From an uncultured Actinomycetota bacterium (GTDB lineage Bacteria > Actinomycetota > Actinomycetes > CAVWCF01), in NCBI GenBank assembly GCA_963753435.1, contig CAVWCF010000001.1, positions 1-64,000 on the forward strand: DNA of 64,000 nucleotides, written 5' to 3'. The notes beneath the pieces were generated by a model. The model made no database searches, had not been told where the DNA came from, and saw nothing but the letters and a program-made list of their open reading frames with translations. Shown in pieces: positions 50,034 to 58,292 of this stretch. The stretch's first letter is position 1, and each line of letters starts with the position of its first letter. Both the position numbers and the translations under genes were made by a program.

Positions 50034-51152
50034 TCACAGTGCTCGCCCTTTCCACTGCAATCGGCCCTGCTGCCGCCGCCGCCACGACAACGCCGTCAGG
50101 TAGCCGAGCAGGCTGATCGAGACGGGGTGGGCCAAGGAGTCAGGCCACACTCGGCCGTCGACCCGATCGGCAACGATCGCGCGGCCGGTGACCCCAGCGG
50201 CGTAGCCGATCGCGCCGACGCGCGAACCGGTGAGGGCGGCCACTGCCGGTACCACGTAGGCCAAGCCCAACACCCCGACCACGGTGGTCGCGCCCGCCGG
50301 CGATCCGAATGCACTCCACAAGGATTTGGTGTAGCCATCGCGGAGGTCTGACCAGCCGGTGTACATGCGACACGTTGCCAGGGTCGTGCCGTCGACTACG
50401 CCGCCACGACCGCCGGTGCGCTTGACCGCTCGCAGCAGTGCGACATCGTCGAGCACTTCAGCCCGGACGGCGGCGTGACCACCCGCTTCGGCGTAGGCGG
50501 TACGAGTCACGGCGAGCAACTGGCCGTTGGCGGCGGACAGGGATTCCCGCGGGCTGCGTTCTGCTGACCGCAAGGGCAGGGTGGTCAGCCAGGACCATTG
50601 CAGCAGCGGTTGCACGAGTCGCTCAGCCAAGGTTTCGGCGCGTTGTTTGGGGTAGGGGGAGACCAAGTCGAGGCCGGAGTCGGCGAGCAGTTGAGCCGTC
50701 GCCGCAACCGCGTGCGGTGCGAGCACCACGTCGGCGTCGACGAAGAGGAGCACTGAGCTGGCCGGGTCGGCGGCTTCGGCCAGTTGCTGACACGCCCAGG
50801 TCTTGCCGAGCCATCCGGCCGCAGGGTCCGAGCCGGTCATTAGCCGAAATCTTGGGTCGGTTCCCACCGTCTGCTGCACCACGGTCGGGGTCTCGTCTTC
50901 GCTGCGATCGTCCAGGATCACGAACTCGATGTCGTGATGCGTTTGTGCCAGCAGTCCCTGCAGGCAGGGGGTCACCCGATGCGCTTCGTTTCGTAGTGGC
51001 AACAGGACGCTGATGCGCGGCCCGGTCCGCGCCGATGATGTGTCGGGCTTGCGCAGGTGGCGCAGGTTGGCGGCCGTATGTGCTGTCAACCCCACGGCCA
51101 AGGCGGAACCGGCCCAAACAGCAGCGTTCCAGGCCCGCGCGCGGCGGCTCAT
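50034..51152 (-). CDS. GT2 glycosyltransferase, carotenoid glycosyltransferase-like (CruC/CrtQ type)
   Basis: PLRNE, DDRSED, GWLGK, FVDAD, NGQ, CRMY. Confidence 0.85.
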   Translation of the reverse strand: MSRRARAWNAAVWAGSALAVGLTAHTAANLRHLRKPDTSSARTGPRISVLLPLRNEAHRVTPCLQGLLAQTHHDIEFVILDDRSEDETPTVVQQTVGTDPRFRLMTGSDPAAGWLGKTWACQQLAEAADPASSVLLFVDADVVLAPHAVAATAQLLADSGLDLVSPYPKQRAETLAERLVQPLLQWSWLTTLPLRSAERSPRESLSAANGQLLAVTRTAYAEAGGHAAVRAEVLDDVALLRAVKRTGGRGGVVDGTTLATCRMYTGWSDLRDGYTKSLWSAFGSPAGATTVVGVLGLAYVVPAVAALTGSRVGAIGYAAGVTGRAIVADRVDGRVWPDSLAHPVSISLLGYLTALSWRRRQQGRLQWKGRAL

Positions 51153-51943
51153 TGATCTCGCCAGAGCGCGACAGCGAACGGGACGGCCACCAGGCCCATG
51201 CCGATTCCGCCGACCAGCGCGACTGTCGGTCGATCCAAGAACACGGCGTTCGCCACGACCCCGCCAACGTAGGTCCATAGGTACATCAGCGCGGGTTGGC
51301 GGTCGTCGGCGCGGCGATGACCGAGACGGTCCAGCAGCAGCATCATGACGAAGGCAGTGCCGGCCCAGCCGAGCAGATTCACCGCCGGGATTCCGTCCAG
51401 TCCGGGGAACTGGGTTGCGTTGCCGGTCCACACCCAGTAGCCCTCGGCGACCATCATCGGGTCGAGGAACAAGTCCCAACTGGCCAGCGCCCAGGCGCCG
51501 ATAACGGCTATCAGCAGCCAGTTCCGGGTCAGTCGGCGAGCCACGACCAGGGCCGGGTACGCCATCATCGCCCACGCCAGCGGGATGACGATCGGAACGC
51601 CCAGGAGTTGCGGCTGCAGTTCGTCGCTGTAGTTGTAGTCGCCGAACGGCCATCCGGTCCGCACGCCGATCGCTTCGACCGCCAGCCCGCCGCCGACGGT
51701 GATCAACAGATATCCGAATGTCCAGGCGACGCCGCGGTTGATCCAGGCGTGGCTGGCCGAAGCCAGGAAGAACGCGACGACCGTGGCCGTCGTCAGCGAG
51801 GTGCGCGAACCCGGCTCGGTCAGCGGGTAGGCGATCTGCAGCACGATGGTCACACCCGCCAGCAACCACGGAAGCCTCGAGACCAGCCGACCAGTGCCCC
51901 GGCCCGCGTCGGCGTAGCCGCCGGTGTAGACGCGTTGACTCAC
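51149..51943 (-). CDS. cruF: Carotenoid 1,2-hydratase (CruF/DUF422)
   Basis: E.IGV.TGWPFG.Y.Y, WDLFLDP, GYWVW, P..N..GW. Confidence 0.82.
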   Translation of the reverse strand: MSQRVYTGGYADAGRGTGRLVSRLPWLLAGVTIVLQIAYPLTEPGSRTSLTTATVVAFFLASASHAWINRGVAWTFGYLLITVGGGLAVEAIGVRTGWPFGDYNYSDELQPQLLGVPIVIPLAWAMMAYPALVVARRLTRNWLLIAVIGAWALASWDLFLDPMMVAEGYWVWTGNATQFPGLDGIPAVNLLGWAGTAFVMMLLLDRLGHRRADDRQPALMYLWTYVGGVVANAVFLDRPTVALVGGIGMGLVAVPFAVALWRDQ

Positions 51944-52647
51944 TCGGCCGTCTCGTTCCAGTCCGCGCCGGCGAATCGGCCTTGCACCGATCGAACGGCC
52001 AAGCGGGCGAACAACTCCTCCGCATACCAGCCGACGTCCTCGGTTTGCCGGATCGCGTCGATGTGCTCGGGATTGCGGTAGGCGAAATCCATCAGGTGCT
52101 CACTGGAATCCCAGAGGCTGAACGTTCCCTGCAAGCCGACGGGGGCCTCGCCGATTCCGACCGCCAATTGCAGCCCTGGTGACGCCAGCAGCGCTTTGCT
52201 GACCGGCGGGACGGCCCGCCAGAAACGCCATGCCAACTGCGGTCGAAGCCGAGCCCGGGTAATGGCTGCGACTGGTCCGGAGTACCGAACCGGTTCCGGG
52301 TCCCCGAATGGCTCGCGGCCGGCCCACTGGCCCTTGCTGGCCAGCGGTACAAGCGTGATGCGCAGGCGCTCCTCGCTGCGCTCGTTCCAGCGCCGGACCA
52401 GCGGTGATGTCTCAAACGCCAGCGCAGCGGAGTCGCTGGACCAGGTCGCCAGGACGCCCCAGTGCCGGGGGTCCGCGTCACGCATCGTGAAGGTGCGTCC
52501 GTCCCCGGTGCCCAGCAGCTTGCCGAACAACAGGCCCGGGGACCGGCGCAACCAGACTCGGTCGTAGGCCATGGAACCGAAAGCGGCGGCCACGCGGGAA
52601 CGCGGCACCCCCCACAGGTGCAGCGTGACGAGTGCTGGTGCGGTCAT
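51940..52647 (-). CDS. crtA: CrtA-like (spheroidene monooxygenase-type) carotenoid 2-oxygenase/hydroxylase
   Basis: KLLGTG.G..F, G.W, ITRA, GIGEAP...QGTFSLW, FAY...H, EELFAR. Confidence 0.78.
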   Translation of the reverse strand: MTAPALVTLHLWGVPRSRVAAAFGSMAYDRVWLRRSPGLLFGKLLGTGDGRTFTMRDADPRHWGVLATWSSDSAALAFETSPLVRRWNERSEERLRITLVPLASKGQWAGREPFGDPEPVRYSGPVAAITRARLRPQLAWRFWRAVPPVSKALLASPGLQLAVGIGEAPVGLQGTFSLWDSSEHLMDFAYRNPEHIDAIRQTEDVGWYAEELFARLAVRSVQGRFAGADWNETAE

Positions 52648-52727
52648 GACCGCAGTCTGCCTGTCGCTGCTGCGGCCGTCGTCACTTGTGGTGGGGCGGC
52701 TTGCCGCGGTGCCGTTCGGTCAGGCAC

Positions 52728-53213
52728 TCACTCCGCTGGCGGCGCGACGTCGATCGGCTCGCCGTCGGTAATGCGCAGGAGTTCGGCGAAGGTGGTTGGG
52801 AACACGGTGTGTGCGTGGCCGGCCGCCGCCCAGACCTGTTCGTACTGCTGCAGCCACGTGTCCACGAGCGTTCTGATCGGCGCCGGGTGGCCGACGGGAG
52901 CTACTCCGCCGATTGCCATGCCGGTGTGGCGGCGCACGAACTCGGGGTCGGCCCGGTCGATCCGGGGCACGTCGATGCGTGCGGCGACGTAGCCGGTGTC
53001 CACACGATGGGCGCCTGAGGTCAGGATCAGCAGCGGTTGACCGGCGGCGTCGAAGATGAGCGAGTTGGCGATGGCGCCGACCGCACAGCCGAGTTGCGCT
53101 GCGGCGGCGACGGCTGTGGGGGCGCTGTCCGGAAGGGCGATCGGCGCACCGGTGGCACCGGCGGCGCGTAGGGCCGCTTGTACGGCTCGCACCGTGGGGT
53201 GGGTCAGCGGCAT
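52728..53213 (-). CDS. YbaK/EbsC family aminoacyl-tRNA deacylase
   Basis: IANSLIF, SGAHRVD, IGGVAPVGH, WAAAG. Confidence 0.9.
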   Translation of the reverse strand: MPLTHPTVRAVQAALRAAGATGAPIALPDSAPTAVAAAAQLGCAVGAIANSLIFDAAGQPLLILTSGAHRVDTGYVAARIDVPRIDRADPEFVRRHTGMAIGGVAPVGHPAPIRTLVDTWLQQYEQVWAAAGHAHTVFPTTFAELLRITDGEPIDVAPPAE

Positions 53214-53416
53214 GCGGGGACGCTACCGGGGCCTGGCGTGGGGTCAGGCGATCGCAACGAGATGGCCAGAAAGCATCCGCGGCGGGTGCTCTTGCGCACA
53301 AATGTTGCGTTCGGCGCTCGAATGTTGCGCGAACGCGCTCGGATTTTGCGCAGATTCGCAAGGTCGGTGCGACACCTCTTGACGGGGAGGGGCTAGGGGC
53401 GCTTCACTACGGGTAT

Positions 53417-53432
53417 TCGAACAAGTGTTCGA
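53417..53432. promoter_or_regulatory. LexA (SOS) box
   Basis: TCGAAC-AAGT-GTTCGA, a perfect match to the actinobacterial consensus; the dyad extends to TTCGAAC...GTTCGAA. Confidence 0.93.
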
Positions 53433-53437
53433 ACTCT

Positions 53438-53593
53438 CCCGCCCCGGGTCGTGGTCCTCGACCCCCACGACCCGGGCGGGATTGCCGCCGGATCCCGAGG
53501 CAGACGTGGGGAAGCGTCTCCTCGGGATCGGCGGCAGGCGAGTCGTCCCTTCCCCGGCGGCGGACCTCCCACGCTGCCGAGGAGGAGGACTCG
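53438..53593 (+). ncRNA. Candidate structured 5' leader or small RNA with three hairpins
   Basis: Long stems at 53438-53480 and 53484-53535, short stem at 53542-53561; complementary loops GGGGAAG and CTTCCCC. Confidence 0.5.
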
Positions 53594-53919
53594 TGTCCCG
53601 TCGTTATGCCGAACCGATCGACGTCAAGCGGATCGACGTCAATGCCGCTGTTGACGTGGCCCCCACCTCCGCTGCCCCCGCCCCGGAGCAGTTCCTTTGG
53701 CGAGGTCGGCTGTATTCGGTACGCACCGTGCTGGCGCATTGGGTGGAGGGTCGGGCCTGGTGGCGGATGCGCGGCCCGGATGGACTGCCGGCCGTCGCCG
53801 AGGCGGCCGACCTGGAGGTCTGGCGGGTAGAAGCGCAAGCAGGCCGCAGCCGATCCAGCGGTGTCTACGACTTGGGCAATGACGGCGGCAGGTGGCGACT
53901 GCTGGGAATCCAGGACTGA
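53593..53919 (+). CDS. DUF6504-family small protein (ImuB C-terminal-domain-like)
   Basis: SD GGAGGAGG; F.WRGR.Y.V...LAHW....WW...WRVEA...GVYDL...WRL...D pattern. Confidence 0.78.
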   Translation: MSRRYAEPIDVKRIDVNAAVDVAPTSAAPAPEQFLWRGRLYSVRTVLAHWVEGRAWWRMRGPDGLPAVAEAADLEVWRVEAQAGRSRSSGVYDLGNDGGRWRLLGIQD

Positions 53920-54326
53920 TGGGTGACCAAAGAACAGGTGCCCGGGCGGTGGGTGACCGAACAACGGATGACCGGGAGATTAGGGACCAGGCACGACACG
54001 ACTTGGCCCGGGCAGTCGCACTGGAGCCACAGGAGCGCTACCGGGTGGCGCTGTCGGTTGCGGTCCGTGCCGCTGCCTTGGTGCTGGCCGAACGCACCCA
54101 TCCATCCACCATCCGGCGTGGCCCAACCGGGATCTGGGTGCTGTTGGCCCGGCATGCTCCCGCGTTGCGGGAGTGGTCGGACTTCTTTGTGCTGGCAGCG
54201 ACCCGCACTTTCGGGCCGCGGCAGCCGCCGGTGAGCGAGCGTGAGGCCGACGACTTGTTGCGAGACGCCGGGCGTTTCCTTGACGTCGCCCGGAACCTGT
54301 CCAGCCCACACCGATCTGCGATCTGA
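53919..54326 (+). CDS. SAV_6107-type HEPN-domain protein
   Basis: ERY..A...VRAAA.VLA.R, W.LL...AP.L.EW...F, READDLLRDA..FL; TGATG overlap with the upstream gene. Confidence 0.78.
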   Translation: MGDQRTGARAVGDRTTDDREIRDQARHDLARAVALEPQERYRVALSVAVRAAALVLAERTHPSTIRRGPTGIWVLLARHAPALREWSDFFVLAATRTFGPRQPPVSEREADDLLRDAGRFLDVARNLSSPHRSAI

Positions 54327-54331
54327 ACACC

Positions 54332-57300
54332 ATGTCCGCGGACTTCACCCATCTACATGTCTGTAGTGGGTACTCGTTGCGCTACGGCGCTTCTTCGCCG
54401 ATGCAGTTGGTCGCCGCGGCGGTTGAGCACGGCATGGATGCGCTGGCCCTGACCGACCGGGATGGCGCCTACGGCGCGGTTAAGTTCGCCAAGGCCTGCC
54501 TGGGCGCGGGTATAGCGCCGATCCTGGGTGCCGACTTGGCTATCGGGGCTGCGCCGACCGATGGGACTGCGCGAGCCGACGGGACTGCGGCGTCGGGCGC
54601 TGACGCAATCGCCGCGACGCGGCGCACTCCGGCCCACGGTGGCGCCCGCGTGGACCCACGCCATCGCCGCATCACCGTGCTGGCGCGTGGCGCAGCCGGG
54701 TGGGCGGCGCTTTGTCGAGTCATCTCCGATGCGCACCTGCGCGGACAACGCGGAAAACCTGTCACCGATCCGGCGATGTTGGCCGATCGCGCGTCCGCTG
54801 GTCAGCTGACGGTGCTGCTGGGGCCGTCCTCCGATGTCGGGGTAGCACTGGCCCGACGTCGACCGGATCTGGCTCGAGCCGCGGTTCAGCGTTGGCGTGG
54901 GCTGCTTCCGGATGGACAGTTGCTGCTGGAGGTCGTCTGCCATTTCGGTTCGACCGACGCCACCGACCCGTTGGTCTGTTCACTGCCGCAGGCAGCCCGG
55001 ATGCTCGGTTTCGCCGGTTCGGTAGGTCTGCCGGCGGTTCTGACCAACGCTGTCCGTTACGCCCAGCCCGACGACGCGATCACCGTGGACGTGTTGGACG
55101 CAGTCCGGCGCCTAGTACCGATGGATGCTCGGCACCTGGACCGCCCCAACGCGCAGGGGTGGCTGAAACCTGCTGCTGCCATGCACCGAATTGCCGCCGA
55201 ACTTGCCGGCCAGGTCAGTGTCGCCGGCGATACCGACCGGCAGGTTGCCCACCGACTCCTCGCCACCACCGCCGAACTGGCCGGTTCCTGCCGTCTGGAC
55301 CCGGTCACCGATCTCGGCATCGGCGGTGTCGCACTGCCGGAGTTGGCATCCATCCCCAGCATCGCTGGGGACCCCCGGGTGCGCCGCGCTGCAACGGGAG
55401 CGGGCGCCGCGGCTTGGGGGAGCACTGACATAAGAGAAGAGGCCCGCATCGGCGACGCGATCCTGCGCGAACGCTGCTTGACCGGACTGAACTCTCGGCA
55501 CTCCAGCGGCACCGGCGACGAAGTGCGCAGACGGTTGGACGAAGAACTGACCACCATCGCCGAACTCGGCTACGCCACTTACTTCCTGACCGTTGCTGAT
55601 GTGGTCGACCTGATCCGGGGCCGTGGGGTGCGGGTCGCCGCCCGGGGCTCGGGGGCGGGCAGCCTGGTCAACTACGCCTTGGGGGTTTCCGGGGTGGATC
55701 CGCTGGCGCACGGGTTGCTGATGGAACGGTTCCTGTCCCCACTGCGCCAGGCATTGCCAGACATCGACGTTGATGTGGAATCCGCTCGGCGGGAGGAGAT
55801 CTACACCGCCATCCTCGACCGTTACGGCGGATCCCGGTGTGCGTGCGTATCGATGATGGACACCTATCGGGTGCGGCATGCGGTCCGTGACGTTGGCGCC
55901 GCCCTTGGGCTGCCGCCCGGGGAGATAGACACCATCGCCAAGGCATTCCCGCACATCCGGGCCCGCGACGCCCGGGCGGCGATGCAGGACCTACCGGAAC
56001 TGCGCGCCGGGCTGGGTCGAGACGGCGGCGCCGAACGACTGGAGTTGCTGTTGAGTCTGGTCGAGCGCCTCGACGGACTGCCCCGCCACGTCGCAGTGCA
56101 TCCGTGTGGGGTGCTGCTGAGCAACTCCCGACTGCTGGATCGCACCCCGATGGAAGCAAGTTGGACCGGCTTCCCCATGAGTCAGTTCGACAAGGACGAT
56201 GTCGAGGATCTCGGTCTGCTCAAGCTCGACGTGCTGGGCATCCGGATGCAGTCGGCCATGGCGCACGCGGTCACCGAGATCGCCCGCGTCGACGGCGATG
56301 ACGTCGACTTGGACGTGGTGCCTTTGGACGACCCGGACACGTTCGCGCTGATCCAGTCCACCCACACTCTGGGTTGTTTCCAGATCGAAAGCCCCGGTCA
56401 ACGCGAACTCATTGGCAAGTTCGCGCCGGAGACGTTCGGTGACCTGATCACCGACATCTCGTTGTTCCGGCCCGGCCCGGTCAAGTCGGACATGGTCACC
56501 CCGTTCCTCAAAGCCCGACAGGGCTGGGCGCAGCCGGAGTACCTGCACCCGGACCTGCGTCCGGCGCTGGCGGAGACCTGTGGGGTCGTGGTCTTCCACG
56601 AACAAGTGCTGCGGGTCATCGCAACGATGACCGGATGCTCGTTGGCTCAGGCCGACGAGGCGCGGCGACACCTGGGCTCACCGGACACCGCCCCGGCGGT
56701 GCGGGAGTGGTTTCATCCCACCGCCATCCGCCACGGCTACGACCTCCCCACCGTGGAGAAGGTGTGGCAGGTGCTTGCCGCGTTCGCCTCCTTCGGGTTC
56801 TGCAAGGCGCACGCGGCGGCATTCGCGTTGCCGACCTATCAGTCCGCCTGGCTGAAGGCGCATCACCCGGCGGCGTTCCTGGCCGGGGTGTTGACCCATG
56901 ACCCAGGCATGTACCCCAAGCGGCTGATCCTTGACGACGCTCGCCAGATGGGTATCGCGATCCTTGGCCTGGACGTGAACGAATCCGATGCCACCTACCG
57001 TGTCGAACGCCTCAACCCGACCGATGAGCCGCCGCCGGAGATCCTGGGCGCCCCACCCCGCCGGTTGGCCACGCCGGGGGTGCCGGATGGGCGTGCCTAC
57101 GGGATCCGGCTGGCATTGCCGGAGCTGAAGGGCATCAACGATGAAGAGGTGCAACGGATCTTGGCCAACCGGCCGTACGCCACGTTGACCGACTTCTTCC
57201 ACCGGGCCCGGGTCAGCAGGCCGGTGCTGGAACGCCTGGTGCTGGCCGGCGCCTTCGACTCCTTGTACGGGCTGAACTCGCCGGCGCCGGTGCGCCGCCG

Positions 57301-58273
57301 CGGCAAGGTGACGCGGCGGGATCTGTTGCTGGCCGCCGCCGATCTGGACCGATGGGCGCGGCCGGCGGCAGGAGCGCGGGCCCGCCGAAGCCGAGTACGC
57401 CGCATCGACTCCGCTGCGGCTGAAGCGGACCCGGCCGTGCTGGCCGCGGAGCAGACTCAGGCGCCGCCGCCGGCGCGGGTGCCCGACGTGCAGTTGGCGT
57501 TGGACATTGGACCTGCCGAACCCGAGCCGGGCAGCGGTCTGCCGGAGATGACTGCGGCCGAACGGGTCCGCGCCGAACTCGATGTGCTCGGTCTGGACGC
57601 CAGCGGGCACGTCGTCGACTTCTACGCGCCGGTGCTGAACGCCATCGGAGTCACTCGTTCAGCGGATCTGCTCGGTCAACGATCCCAGGCAGAACTGTGG
57701 GTGGCCGGAGTGAAGGTCGCCACCCAGACTCCGCCGATCCGATCCGGGCGCCGGGTGGTGTTCCTGACGTTGGACGACGGCACCGGGCCGGTGGACGCGA
57801 CCTTCTTCGAAGACGCACAGGGCCCGTATGCGGCGACCTTGTTCCACTCCTGGTTGCTGCTGGTGCGTGGGCAGCTTCGACGTACCGGGCCCCGTGGGGT
57901 CAGCCTGCGGGCCACCGGTTGCTGGGAGCTGACCAGCATTTCGGCGGCCTATCGGGATGGTGGGGTCGAGGCGGTGCACGACCTGCTGGTGCCACCACCG
58001 GGTTGGGACCAAGCCGACGAAGCAGCGGTGGCTGCCGCAGCGGCAAGCCGGTCCACCCGACCGGTGCTGGTCCGAACGCCGGACGGCGCGAGCTTCGACC
58101 CGGCCGCTGGGCCGGCTGGCACTCGGGCCGGAGGCATGGGTCCGCGCCGGGTGCTGGTACACGTATCCGGTTTCAAACAGTCCCCGTACGCCGACGTGCG
58201 CCCGCCGGGCGAGGAGGTCACCAAGCCGCCACGAAAACTGTGGCACTCAAGTCCTGGCTCCTCCGGCGGATAG
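54332..58273 (+). CDS. dnaE2: Error-prone DNA polymerase III alpha subunit DnaE2
   Basis: PHP HLH.CSGYS/TDRD, RGSGAGS, PDIDVD, KLDVLG, FQIESPGQ, FGFCKAHA, OB fold FLTLDD; C-terminus LWHSSPGSSG; under a LexA box. Confidence 0.92.
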   Translation: MSADFTHLHVCSGYSLRYGASSPMQLVAAAVEHGMDALALTDRDGAYGAVKFAKACLGAGIAPILGADLAIGAAPTDGTARADGTAASGADAIAATRRTPAHGGARVDPRHRRITVLARGAAGWAALCRVISDAHLRGQRGKPVTDPAMLADRASAGQLTVLLGPSSDVGVALARRRPDLARAAVQRWRGLLPDGQLLLEVVCHFGSTDATDPLVCSLPQAARMLGFAGSVGLPAVLTNAVRYAQPDDAITVDVLDAVRRLVPMDARHLDRPNAQGWLKPAAAMHRIAAELAGQVSVAGDTDRQVAHRLLATTAELAGSCRLDPVTDLGIGGVALPELASIPSIAGDPRVRRAATGAGAAAWGSTDIREEARIGDAILRERCLTGLNSRHSSGTGDEVRRRLDEELTTIAELGYATYFLTVADVVDLIRGRGVRVAARGSGAGSLVNYALGVSGVDPLAHGLLMERFLSPLRQALPDIDVDVESARREEIYTAILDRYGGSRCACVSMMDTYRVRHAVRDVGAALGLPPGEIDTIAKAFPHIRARDARAAMQDLPELRAGLGRDGGAERLELLLSLVERLDGLPRHVAVHPCGVLLSNSRLLDRTPMEASWTGFPMSQFDKDDVEDLGLLKLDVLGIRMQSAMAHAVTEIARVDGDDVDLDVVPLDDPDTFALIQSTHTLGCFQIESPGQRELIGKFAPETFGDLITDISLFRPGPVKSDMVTPFLKARQGWAQPEYLHPDLRPALAETCGVVVFHEQVLRVIATMTGCSLAQADEARRHLGSPDTAPAVREWFHPTAIRHGYDLPTVEKVWQVLAAFASFGFCKAHAAAFALPTYQSAWLKAHHPAAFLAGVLTHDPGMYPKRLILDDARQMGIAILGLDVNESDATYRVERLNPTDEPPPEILGAPPRRLATPGVPDGRAYGIRLALPELKGINDEEVQRILANRPYATLTDFFHRARVSRPVLERLVLAGAFDSLYGLNSPAPVRRRGKVTRRDLLLAAADLDRWARPAAGARARRSRVRRIDSAAAEADPAVLAAEQTQAPPPARVPDVQLALDIGPAEPEPGSGLPEMTAAERVRAELDVLGLDASGHVVDFYAPVLNAIGVTRSADLLGQRSQAELWVAGVKVATQTPPIRSGRRVVFLTLDDGTGPVDATFFEDAQGPYAATLFHSWLLLVRGQLRRTGPRGVSLRATGCWELTSISAAYRDGGVEAVHDLLVPPPGWDQADEAAVAAAAASRSTRPVLVRTPDGASFDPAAGPAGTRAGGMGPRRVLVHVSGFKQSPYADVRPPGEEVTKPPRKLWHSSPGSSGG

Positions 58274-58292
58274 CGCCGAAGATGGCAACAAG

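Noticed and set aside
53425-53592. Upstream extension of the DUF6504 ORF
   Set aside because: Its start lies inside the LexA box and spans the hairpins; a strong SD supports GTG 53593.
57957-58292. N-terminal extension of DinB overlapping dnaE2
   Set aside because: Shadow frame; ATG 58293 follows the dnaE2 stop and precedes the catalytic motif at a normal distance.
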